Below are positions 41,126 through 49,795 of a stretch of DNA of 64,000 nt, piece after piece. The notes under the pieces were generated by a model. That model was not told where the DNA came from. It did no database searches and saw only the letters and a list, made by a program, of their open reading frames with translations. The translations under genes were made by a program, and so were the position numbers. How positions within the stretch are numbered: the stretch's first letter is position 1; every line of letters begins with the position of its first letter. The stretch lies in assembly GCA_963829055.1 (NCBI GenBank), contig CAWHHI010000003.1, positions 480,001 through 544,000 on the forward strand, in the 5' to 3' direction. The DNA is from an uncultured Gemmatimonadaceae bacterium (GTDB lineage Bacteria > Gemmatimonadota > Gemmatimonadetes > Gemmatimonadales > Gemmatimonadaceae).

Positions 41126-42517
41126 CTAGCGGTTCAACTCTCGCCGCATTAGCGCTTCAAATTCCGCGTCGCTACCCACTGTCATCCGCCAGCGTCCGAA
41201 CCCGGTCTGATCGACAAAAACGACCTGCAACCGATGCCGCCGATACTCCCAGATCTGCGTTCGGCCACGCTGGTTGAGGTCGGTGGTATTGGGCTCATAG
41301 AACTGATCGGGTGCGCCTAGGGCAACGAGGACTCTGCCGCGATCTGTGAGCCATCCGATGTCGCCTTCTTCACGAAACCGCACGTTGGCCTGCGCGATTC
41401 GGGCGAAATAGTCACGGAGTGCTTCGTTAACAGGCGTTGCCGGATCACGGTCAGTCTCGCGCAGAAAGGTCGCCCATGCGTTTGCTCGGGCGTCTGGCGG
41501 AGCATCTCGCAGGCTCTGGAGGCGCGCCGGAGACCCGAAATACCGGAGATAGTTGATCATCTCAGTGAACGTCGCGACCGGTAGATCCTCACCAAAGGTG
41601 ACAAAGACGGGCGTCCTCATCGTATCAGGTCTGCCGGAGTGAGTAATGGCCAAGGTGAGTGCCCCTACTCCGAGCCGAGTAACCGGGACTCTGACGATGC
41701 CGCTGAAGATGTCCCCATTCCTTGGCAGCGAGGTCGTATCGGACCATACCGGAGTGGACGTGTTCTCGCCGAACACCGCCGTACGCAGCGGAAGAACGCT
41801 TCCGTCGCCGTACCCTTCGACGTACACCAGCAGTGTCGAGTCCTGGCCAAACGTGATGGTCGCTCGCGGCGTCGGAACGATTCTGGGTAGAGAGTCCAGC
41901 GATCGACGAGGCGTCACCTCATAGACCGGAATCGGTGACGACAACGATCCGGTGGTCACTCGCGGCACATTGACCGTCGCTTCTATCGAGCTGCCTTTTC
42001 CGCCAGCGTCGTCCCGGAGAGAGAAGCTCAGACTGTATGACCCCGGTCGAGCCATGACCACCTGCTGATACAACACGCTCTCATCGGAGCGGGTAGTCTC
42101 CTTGAACGCCGCAACACGTACCACCTGGTGCGATTCGATGCGACGGGCAGCTTCGTCACCTCGCGTCAGCGACAACGTCGCGGAATACGACGCTCGGTAC
42201 CGATCGTTCTCTTTGACAAACGTCAACGCGCGTGACGGGACGGATACCGTCAACAGGAACAGCGTCGAATCCGCCGACTTGTTCCCGAGGAACGCCACAC
42301 TTCCGACGAATGGCGTGTCCCCGTCCTCAGCGAGCAATCCCATTTGCCGGTAAAGGCGCACAGCATCGGGCTGACTCGGGACAGCACGAGGGGCGGACGG
42401 CGCTTGTGGCGCGGGCGCTTGAGGCGGACGTCGATTTCCTCCACCACACGCCACACCGAGGAACAACGGGACAACTGCAGCGAGCGTCGGACACGACGCG
42501 AACGAGAAACGAGACAT
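41126..42517 (-). CDS. GWxTD domain lipoprotein
   Basis: Lipobox GVAC; GWLTDRGRV...GAPD; NE...YFARI..AN motif. Confidence 0.85.
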   Translation of the reverse strand: MSRFSFASCPTLAAVVPLFLGVACGGGNRRPPQAPAPQAPSAPRAVPSQPDAVRLYRQMGLLAEDGDTPFVGSVAFLGNKSADSTLFLLTVSVPSRALTFVKENDRYRASYSATLSLTRGDEAARRIESHQVVRVAAFKETTRSDESVLYQQVVMARPGSYSLSFSLRDDAGGKGSSIEATVNVPRVTTGSLSSPIPVYEVTPRRSLDSLPRIVPTPRATITFGQDSTLLVYVEGYGDGSVLPLRTAVFGENTSTPVWSDTTSLPRNGDIFSGIVRVPVTRLGVGALTLAITHSGRPDTMRTPVFVTFGEDLPVATFTEMINYLRYFGSPARLQSLRDAPPDARANAWATFLRETDRDPATPVNEALRDYFARIAQANVRFREEGDIGWLTDRGRVLVALGAPDQFYEPNTTDLNQRGRTQIWEYRRHRLQVVFVDQTGFGRWRMTVGSDAEFEALMRRELNR

Positions 42518-42576
42518 GGAATAAGCAGTATATGAGTCAGTTCACAAAAGTTCTTGTCTTCGGTCGTGTATATCGC

Positions 42577-42605
42577 TTGCCGCCACCGGTCTGCGGGATT
42601 AGGTT
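42577..42605 (+). promoter_or_regulatory. Promoter of the apparently leaderless kinase gene
   Basis: TTGCCG-17 nt-TAGGTT, 6 nt before GTG 42612. Confidence 0.6.
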
Positions 42606-42611
42606 CGCCGC

Positions 42612-43520
42612 GTGTCACGCGATACGCTCGTCGGTACCACGCTTGCCGGGTACAGCATAAAGGACATGGTCGGGGAGGGAGGTACCTCCGCCGTCTACCG
42701 TGCAGACCATCCCCAACACGGGGTGGTCGCCCTCAAGGTGCTCCGAGAAAAGCTGCGACAGGACAGGACCGCTGTCGCGCGCTTTCTGCGGGAAGCGAAG
42801 TTCGGTACGCGTGTCGAGCACCCGAATGTGGTGCGGACGATCGAAACCGGTGAATCAGGGCCGGGAGGGCTGCACTACCTCGCGATCGAGTGGGCCGCCG
42901 GTGAGATTCTCGAGCGATACGCGAAACGCAACGCTCCGCTACCCCGCGAAGAGGTCGCCCGTATCGTAATCCAGATTGGCGATGCGGTGCAGGCCGCTCA
43001 CTCTGCCGGCATTGTCCATCGCGATCTGAAGCCTGACAACGTGATGTATGATCCCGAATCGCATCAGGTCAAGCTTCTCGATTTCGGAATCGCGGCAGCG
43101 ACCGATACGGCGCCAGACGAGAGATTGACGCGAGCGGGGTTCTTCGTCGGAACCCTCATGTACGTTGCGCCAGAAGCGCTGAGCGGAGAGCTGGTGACGC
43201 CAGCGGCAGATCAGTACAGTCTCGCGACGATCGCCTACTTTCTGCTCACGGGTTCGTTGCCCTACCTCGCGAAAACACCGCGCGAGATGTTCACGCAGCT
43301 GCTCTCTCAGCCGCCGATCCCACTCAATCGTGCCCGTCCGAACCTTGTGTTCGGACCACAGGTTGAGGCAGTCATTATGCGTGGATTGGCCAAGCAGCCG
43401 ACCGATCGGTATCCGGACGTGATTTCCTTCGCCACCGATCTCCGAAAGGCGTTGCTCTCGGCGTCTGCTGAAGACACCGGATTCCTGGCGAAGATGAAAG
43501 GCCTGTTCGGAAAGAAGTAG
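42612..43520 (+). CDS. Hanks-type Ser/Thr protein kinase, catalytic domain only
   Basis: GEGGTSAVY, VALK, HRDLKPDN, DFG, YVAPE, DQYS. Confidence 0.93.
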   Translation: MSRDTLVGTTLAGYSIKDMVGEGGTSAVYRADHPQHGVVALKVLREKLRQDRTAVARFLREAKFGTRVEHPNVVRTIETGESGPGGLHYLAIEWAAGEILERYAKRNAPLPREEVARIVIQIGDAVQAAHSAGIVHRDLKPDNVMYDPESHQVKLLDFGIAAATDTAPDERLTRAGFFVGTLMYVAPEALSGELVTPAADQYSLATIAYFLLTGSLPYLAKTPREMFTQLLSQPPIPLNRARPNLVFGPQVEAVIMRGLAKQPTDRYPDVISFATDLRKALLSASAEDTGFLAKMKGLFGKK

Positions 43521-43552
43521 CCGAACGCCAGAGGCTCTTCTGCATCGAGTGG

Positions 43553-45253
43553 CTATGCCGCTCGATCGCCCTGCAGGTCCGCTGGATCGACCGGCAGCCA
43601 CACCGTAAACACGGATCCACGTCCCAACTCACTCTCGACGGTGAGGTCGCCGCCGAGTAGCCGTGCGAGTCGGCGGGAGATCGAGAGCCCAAGCCCTGTT
43701 CCACGCCGCATGGAATCCCCTCGGGGGCCGGCGTTGACTTGCTCGAACTCATCGAAGATCCGGTCACGATCCTTGTCCGGAATCCCGGTTCCGCTGTCCG
43801 CGACTTGTAGTGCGATCCACACCTCATCCGGCCGCGGAGATCTGGCGAGTAACGCCGATGCGGTACGCATGATGGAGGATCCGTCCGTTTCCTTGCCCGA
43901 CCCAACCAGCTTCCCGCGGACGGAAATTCCACCGTTGCTCGTGAACTTGACCGCGTTACCCAAGAGATTGATGAGAATCTGACGGAGATGAGTCGGATCC
44001 GTTCGAACTCGCGGAAGCGATGCGCCGATTGCCAGCGAAAACCCGAGCCCCTTCTCGGTGATTAGCGGCTCGACTTCGCTGGCGACATCGAAGACGAACG
44101 GCCGCAGCTCGATCGGCTCGGCGTGCACTTCCAGCCGGCCGGCTGCCATTTTCGCGAGGTCGAGCACTTGATCGACTAGATGTCGCAGATGATTGGCAGA
44201 CGCTTCAATGCGCTCGACAGGACCAACCTGGCGCGCGTTGAGCGCTCCGTAGACGCCATCGCGCAGTAGATCCACGAACCCGACGATGGCGTTGAGCGGC
44301 GTACGCAGCTCGTGTGAGACGTTGGCCAGGAATTCACTCTTCGCGCGGTTCGCTCGTAGGAGTTCGGCAGACAAATGTTCCAGCTCACTGGATCGATCGG
44401 CGATCCGGCTTGCCTCTCGGCGTTCGAGGAAAAGTCCGATCCCCAAGCCAGCTATCGCACCTAAGCCAACGACCCAGAGCGCGATTCTGACGCCGCGCCC
44501 GGAAGGCACGTAGGTCATCCTGATCGTCCACTCACCGCTGAACGGCGTGGTGATGGCCTGTTCGAGCGTACGACGGCCTTTCTGCGGCAAAACGGCGTTC
44601 AGGTTGAGAATAGTGTCGGACGACGCCTGGATCAGGATCGCGAAGGCCTTCGCGCGCTGCTGACGCTGCAGCAGAGCCCCAAGAGAGTCGATCGATGTCG
44701 CTCCAACCAGCGTTGCCGTGATCGGCGTTCGCACCGATTCGATGAAGAGCAACGATCGCTGACCGTGGTCGTCGTGAACGCGCACTTCCGGCAAGTCGCT
44801 CGAAGGACGGCCCATACTGTCTGCAGGTTCGCCGGACGGTCGGCGGTGGGCTGCGATCGCTGCGCCGACGGGTGGAGTGTTCATGCCTTTTCGGAGAGCC
44901 ACAGCCGAGCGGATAGACGTCGTCGAATCACCTATCCAGAGGGCATCGAATCCGGCAGCAATGTCGGGAAACTGGCGCGTGACGATGGGCAGACTGTCAG
45001 TCGCCCACCCGCTATCGAGCCAGCGATTGTCGACGATCCGTTCCGCGGTTCGAAGTTCGGTCAGGTGTCGAAGCAAGAACACCTCGACCAACGTGGCGGT
45101 CTCGGAGAGCACCAGGGCTGCGCGGTCCTTTTCCGCACGCGCCATCTCGCGGTCGGTTCGGAGAACGCCGACCACCACGAACGCCAACGCCACCAGTAGT
45201 GCGGTTGGTGCGATTCGACCACGAATTGGTGCAGAACTCATGACCGAATCCAA
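43553..45253 (-). CDS. Membrane sensor histidine kinase
   Basis: Two TMs around a periplasmic domain; SHELRTPL, NLLGNAVKF, DSGTGI, FEQ, GTGLGL. Confidence 0.93.
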   Translation of the reverse strand: MDSVMSSAPIRGRIAPTALLVALAFVVVGVLRTDREMARAEKDRAALVLSETATLVEVFLLRHLTELRTAERIVDNRWLDSGWATDSLPIVTRQFPDIAAGFDALWIGDSTTSIRSAVALRKGMNTPPVGAAIAAHRRPSGEPADSMGRPSSDLPEVRVHDDHGQRSLLFIESVRTPITATLVGATSIDSLGALLQRQQRAKAFAILIQASSDTILNLNAVLPQKGRRTLEQAITTPFSGEWTIRMTYVPSGRGVRIALWVVGLGAIAGLGIGLFLERREASRIADRSSELEHLSAELLRANRAKSEFLANVSHELRTPLNAIVGFVDLLRDGVYGALNARQVGPVERIEASANHLRHLVDQVLDLAKMAAGRLEVHAEPIELRPFVFDVASEVEPLITEKGLGFSLAIGASLPRVRTDPTHLRQILINLLGNAVKFTSNGGISVRGKLVGSGKETDGSSIMRTASALLARSPRPDEVWIALQVADSGTGIPDKDRDRIFDEFEQVNAGPRGDSMRRGTGLGLSISRRLARLLGGDLTVESELGRGSVFTVWLPVDPADLQGDRAA

Positions 45254-45295
45254 AGAGCAAAAGGGAGAGCGCGCGCGAGCGTAGCGCAGTGTTCG

Positions 45296-45324
45296 TTGAC
45301 GCAGTCAGCGTCGTGATCTATGCT
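45296..45324 (+). promoter_or_regulatory. pyrE promoter
   Basis: TTGACG-17 nt-TATGCT, 8 nt before ATG, no SD. Confidence 0.6.
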
Positions 45325-45332
45325 CTCCATTC

Positions 45333-45890
45333 ATGAGCTCTTCACTCGATGATCTTCAGCAGCTACTCGCCGAGCGGTCCGCGCGGCGCGGCAAGTTTAC
45401 ATTGTCTTCTGGCCGAGAATCAACGTTATACATCGATGCTCGACTGACAACCATGAGTCCCGAGGGGCTCGTCCTCATTGGCCAGCTCGGGCTCGAATCG
45501 CTCGAACAGCATGGCTGGGACGTTGAGGCAATCGGTGGACTCACGTTGGGGGCTGATCCGGTCGCGTTTGCCGTCGCGTACACCAGTGCGAAAACTCCTC
45601 ACCCTATTCGCGCGTTCACCGTCCGCAAGGAAGCAAAAACCCACGGAGCTGGGCGTCTCGTCGAAGGCCCCGTCGCATCCGGTGACCGCGTGGCGATCGT
45701 TGAAGATGTCATCACCACCGGTGCGTCTGCGTTGCGAGCCGTCTCGGCGGTCAAGGACATCGGGGGGACCGTCGTTGGTGTTCTGGCGGTCGTGGACCGC
45801 GAAGAAGGCGGCAGAGAAGCGCTCGAGAAAGAGGGTCTACAGGTCATCGCGTTGACCACGGCGAGTCAGATCATCGGGCGCATGGCATGA
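45333..45890 (+). CDS. pyrE: Orotate phosphoribosyltransferase
   Basis: FTLSSG, YID, VRKEAKTHG, VEDVITTGAS, VVDREEG. Confidence 0.96.
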   Translation: MSSSLDDLQQLLAERSARRGKFTLSSGRESTLYIDARLTTMSPEGLVLIGQLGLESLEQHGWDVEAIGGLTLGADPVAFAVAYTSAKTPHPIRAFTVRKEAKTHGAGRLVEGPVASGDRVAIVEDVITTGASALRAVSAVKDIGGTVVGVLAVVDREEGGREALEKEGLQVIALTTASQIIGRMA

Positions 45891-46022
45891 GATGACAGTG
45901 GCATTGTCAGAACGCAGCCCTGGTACCAGCCTAACGAGAACCAAGGGATGGGGGCCGTCGCCACAGTCATTACAACGACGGCACCTCCACCTTCCGCCCG
46001 GGTGTTTCGCTATTCGCGTTGG

Positions 46023-46910
46023 CTAGGTCAGACGACTGCTTTCCCGCACGAGTGGCATAGAGAGTGGCGTGAACCCGCGGAGTGTCGTTAGGTACGGCAG
46101 GACCAGGTCCGCACGAAACCGTTGAAGCATCCCTTCTCCGTCGTAACGTTGCCGAAATTCGACCGCCGTCATGTGGATGAGTCCACGAACGTGCCGGCCA
46201 AAGCTCTGCGGCGAGGAGTAGTCCAGTCGATTGGCGACGTTCGCGACCGAGAGGCCAGGATTCTCGAACAGCTGCGCCGCTCGGACGAGTCGTGCGGTGG
46301 CGAGGTAGCGTTTCGGAGCGGGTAGTTGCGCTCTGAAGAATCGGCTCATGAGCGTGCTCGGAATTACGCCGAGGTAGCGCGAGAGCGATCTGATTGTTCC
46401 AATGCCGCCCGGAAGGCCGAATAGCGCTTCGAAGAACCGCCAGCAATCCGGGTGAGCACCGGCGAGATCTGTGGATAGCTGCGCCAGAGCAAGACGACTG
46501 ACGTCACGCGATTGGTCAGCGAGTAGTACGTCGCGTAACACGCGCCACCCGGCTGGTTGACGTACATCAACGAGCGTTTGAACTCCACTGCGGCCTAACG
46601 TCAGTACGGCGGTTGGAGCGTTCGGCTCGAGCTCCGTGAGAAGCGCAACTGTGGGCACACGAGGGAACTCACGGACCAGGGTTGCCACCCGCGTAGCATC
46701 ACGCGGACCACATCGCGTCACGGATACCAATACCGCAGAGGCCCGTTGCTCTTTGACGTCACGAATGACGTCGTCAATCGTGTCACGGTGAAGGGCGGTG
46801 TACAGCCCCTCCCCAGCCGCATCGACTCGGAGCCGCTCGGAAGGCATCAGAATGGTCGATACCGGGGCCAGCACCAGGCGAGGCTGGAACGTGGAATGCA
46901 TGGCAGTCAC
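46023..46910 (-). CDS. AraC-type HTH regulator with degenerate receiver-like N-terminus
   Basis: RLVRAAQLF....SVANVANRLDYSSPQSFGRHVR....MTAVEFR; alpha/beta N-domain. Confidence 0.75.
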   Translation of the reverse strand: MTAMHSTFQPRLVLAPVSTILMPSERLRVDAAGEGLYTALHRDTIDDVIRDVKEQRASAVLVSVTRCGPRDATRVATLVREFPRVPTVALLTELEPNAPTAVLTLGRSGVQTLVDVRQPAGWRVLRDVLLADQSRDVSRLALAQLSTDLAGAHPDCWRFFEALFGLPGGIGTIRSLSRYLGVIPSTLMSRFFRAQLPAPKRYLATARLVRAAQLFENPGLSVANVANRLDYSSPQSFGRHVRGLIHMTAVEFRQRYDGEGMLQRFRADLVLPYLTTLRGFTPLSMPLVRESSRLT

Positions 46911-47032
46911 CTCTCTCGGGTTGCTCGGGAAACGAGGTCATCGTTGCATTTCCACGGTACCAGCAGGCGTCAGTAGGGCGTCATTTCACTCCATGAGACC
47001 GATGATTGGATGGTACATTTTGGACGGAGGAT

Positions 47033-47452
47033 TCATAGCTGACCGGACGGTCGCGGTAGTGCGCTCGTCGCACTAGCGAGGAAAGTCCGGGCTCCATGGA
47101 CGAGCTGCCAGGTAACGCCTGGGCATGATTTGGTCGTTCACCGGTGTATCGGGGTTCAGCCGAATCTATGACGGCCAGTGCCACAGAAAACAGACCGCCC
47201 GATGGGCGTACGCTGCCCACAGGGTAAGGGTGAAAAGGTGGGGTAAGAGCCCACCGCGTTCATGGCAACATGGACGGCACGGTAAACCCCTGCTGGAGCA
47301 AGGCCAAATAGGTGGCGAGGGACTGTCCTTCCCGACAAAGACGCCACGGGTAGGCTGCTAGAGGGCATGGGCGACCATGCTCCAAGAGAAATGACCGTCC
47401 GGGCGAGGTTCGTTACTCACCCGACAGAACCCGGCTTACAGGTCAGCTATGA
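47033..47452 (+). ncRNA. rnpB: RNase P RNA, type A
   Basis: GAGGAAAGTCCGGGC, AGTGCCACAGAAA, GGTAAACCCC, ACAGAACCCGGCTTA; P1 ends TCATAGCTGACC / GGTCAGCTATGA; TGGTACATT extended -10 at 47011-47019. Confidence 0.97.
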
Positions 47453-48381
47453 GCTCCTCACACGCCTCAGCCCCCTACACCAGACGGTATAGGGGGCTGA
47501 GTGCATTCCTGGTTCGATGGCTCGCAATTCTGAGTGTGATATCGGCGTGTACAGCGCAGAAGCCTCAGATCGTCTCGACACCGATTCCGAGCGGGCCTAA
47601 CGCGCAGAGTCGATCCGATTCTCTCGGTACGCCAGTCAGATCAGTACTCACGATCTATCAGCCGGGCGATGTTCAATACGCAGTCCAGATGAAATCGATC
47701 GTACAGGTTGTGATGGGTGACTCGATTCCTCGAGTCGATTCTTCGCACCTGAGAGCTGTCTTGTCAGCAAAGTACGTAGCCACGCCACAATCGCGGTTCA
47801 TTCGCGCAACTGTAGTAGCTGATTCCGTAGTGCTGTCGACATTTGCTGCTAGCACTGGTACAACGGCACTGCCTAACCAGTCCTACTCCATGGACGTTGA
47901 TCCAACGAGTGGCAGGGGCACTGTCGCACGGTCGGTGTCGTCCTGCTCGCAGGATGTTATCGAGGCACCGTTTCACGGTGATGAGGTGGTTCCCACGGTT
48001 CCTTCGAATTCTGCCACGCAGTTCTGGGCTGATACGACGAACTACAGCGCTTGCCGAGGGGGAGTCTCACTACGTTTTACTCGAGTATCCAATTACCAAC
48101 GCGACACGGTCACCGTTGGTACAGCCGCCGAAGCATTGGCTCGAATAGTCAGAACAACAGAAGTTCTGATCACCGGTAGCGGATCTCAGTGGCAACAACC
48201 TGTCGAAGCATCGGGTCACGGTACGGCAGTGGACACACTGATGATTAGTGTCAGCCGCTCCCGTTTACAGAGTATCTCGGGTTCCACTCAACTTGAAATG
48301 AGCTTCAAGTCAGCATTACGATCACAGCGTTTCACACAAGCAACTACGACGCAGATCATCGCCAGGCCTAACGCCCACTGA
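47449..48381 (+). CDS. Hypothetical Ser/Thr-rich lipoprotein (start uncertain)
   Basis: 310-aa ORF filling the gap between rnpB and dnaN; lipobox ISAC. Confidence 0.6.
   Translation: MSSSHASAPYTRRYRGLSAFLVRWLAILSVISACTAQKPQIVSTPIPSGPNAQSRSDSLGTPVRSVLTIYQPGDVQYAVQMKSIVQVVMGDSIPRVDSSHLRAVLSAKYVATPQSRFIRATVVADSVVLSTFAASTGTTALPNQSYSMDVDPTSGRGTVARSVSSCSQDVIEAPFHGDEVVPTVPSNSATQFWADTTNYSACRGGVSLRFTRVSNYQRDTVTVGTAAEALARIVRTTEVLITGSGSQWQQPVEASGHGTAVDTLMISVSRSRLQSISGSTQLEMSFKSALRSQRFTQATTTQIIARPNAH
47466..47501 (+). terminator. Strong hairpin directly after rnpB (terminator or processing signal)
   Basis: CTCAGCCCCCTA / TAGGGGGCTGAG 12-bp stem; no clear U tract. Confidence 0.5.
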
Positions 48382-48417
48382 TCATTCCTGAAAGTCGCCG
48401 GTGTAAAACGATGAGCT

Positions 48418-49533
48418 TTAGTCCATCAGCCGCAGGGGCATGACCAGGCATAGATATGAAGCAGGATCCGACCATCCTTCTGGCTCAACAGTCGCTGCCC
48501 GTTCAGGGGCTTTCAGCGTCATGCGGACTTCGTCAGTTGGTATGTATCGGAGAATTTCCAACAAATAGTTCGCATTGAATCCGATGTCGATCTGGTCACC
48601 GGTGAACCGAATTGGAAGCTCGTCCTGAGCCTCGCCGAGATCCGGTGTCTGGACGCTGAACCGCAGTAAGCCGCTGTTGAACGACAGCCGAATGCGATGC
48701 GTCTGATCGGATGCGATAACCGACATCCGTTTCAACGCACTCACCAGCGCGACTTTATCGCTGATCGCGACTCGATCATTGTCACGCGGGATGACCTGTT
48801 CATAGTTTGGATATGGGCCTTCGATCAGTCGCGTGAACACCGCGGTGAACGGAGAACGGAACCCCAAGTGGTTATCGCCCTGGGCGATTTCGAGCTCCTC
48901 CTCCGCAGGAAAAAGTCGTCGGACTTGCTCGAGTGCCTTCGGTGGAACGATGAGATCTCCTCCCCCAGGCGCTGTTGCTGAGGTAATTGGGAGATCCATA
49001 CGAGCGAGTCGGTGGCCGTTCGTCGCAACCATTCGCATACGCTCAGGACGTAGCTCCCAGAGCACCCCATTGAGAATCGGCCGGCTTTCCTCGGTGGAGA
49101 CGGCAAATGCCGTATGAGAGATCAGCTTCTGAAGATCACCTGATCGTACACGCCAACTTTCCTGAAATCGAACTTGCGGGAAGGTTGGGAATTCGTCTCG
49201 AGGTAGTCCTAATAGCTTGAACTTCGAGCGCCCACATTCCAGCGTGATACGCTGTTCACCCATAGCCGCGATCTTCACCGGAGCTGGTGGCAGCTCTCTG
49301 GCGATCTCGGAGAGTTTCTTTGCCGGGATGGTAATTGCACCAGGTGTCTCGACATCTGCGCTGACTTCAGTGCTGACAGCGATATCGAGGTCGGTCCCAG
49401 AGAGTCGGATCCCCCGCTCGGTTGTTTCGAGCAGGATATTCGCCAAGACGGGAAGCGTGGTCTTTCCGGGAATGCTTGGTCCTACTGCAGCGAGGCCCTC
49501 TTGGAGCTTTTCCCTCGAGATGGTAAAGCGCAT
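48418..49533 (-). CDS. dnaN: DNA polymerase III beta clamp
   Basis: TLPVLANI, GTDLD, SRPILNG, VATNGHRL, RLIEGPYPNY, IGFNANYL, LVMPLRL. Confidence 0.98.
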   Translation of the reverse strand: MRFTISREKLQEGLAAVGPSIPGKTTLPVLANILLETTERGIRLSGTDLDIAVSTEVSADVETPGAITIPAKKLSEIARELPPAPVKIAAMGEQRITLECGRSKFKLLGLPRDEFPTFPQVRFQESWRVRSGDLQKLISHTAFAVSTEESRPILNGVLWELRPERMRMVATNGHRLARMDLPITSATAPGGGDLIVPPKALEQVRRLFPAEEELEIAQGDNHLGFRSPFTAVFTRLIEGPYPNYEQVIPRDNDRVAISDKVALVSALKRMSVIASDQTHRIRLSFNSGLLRFSVQTPDLGEAQDELPIRFTGDQIDIGFNANYLLEILRYIPTDEVRMTLKAPERAATVEPEGWSDPASYLCLVMPLRLMD

Positions 49534-49795
49534 TCCTACTCCCTGGTGAATTTCACACAATGGTACGAACTGCTAGTTGTAGTAGATCTTAGATAAAGAA
49601 AAAAACAGTAGTAACAGCAGAGGGTGTTGATTTGTTGGTACTCGACGTAAGCAGCTTTGAAATCGGGTAGTTACCTATTCGAACATCATGTGAATACTCT
49701 GTGGAACGGCCAAGTAGTCAACTCCAGACTCCGAGATTCTTGTTCGAATCAATCAGTTCGGTGTTGATTGCAGTGCAATACGAAGCTTTTCCACA
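49534..49795. other. Replication origin oriC (dnaA-dnaN intergenic)
   Basis: A-rich tract 49591-49605, trinucleotide repeats CAG TAG TAA CAG CAG 49606-49620, tandem box-like TGTTGATTT/TGTTGGTAC 49625-49641, more boxes at 49689, 49700, 49762, 49787 (TTTTCCACA). Confidence 0.85.
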
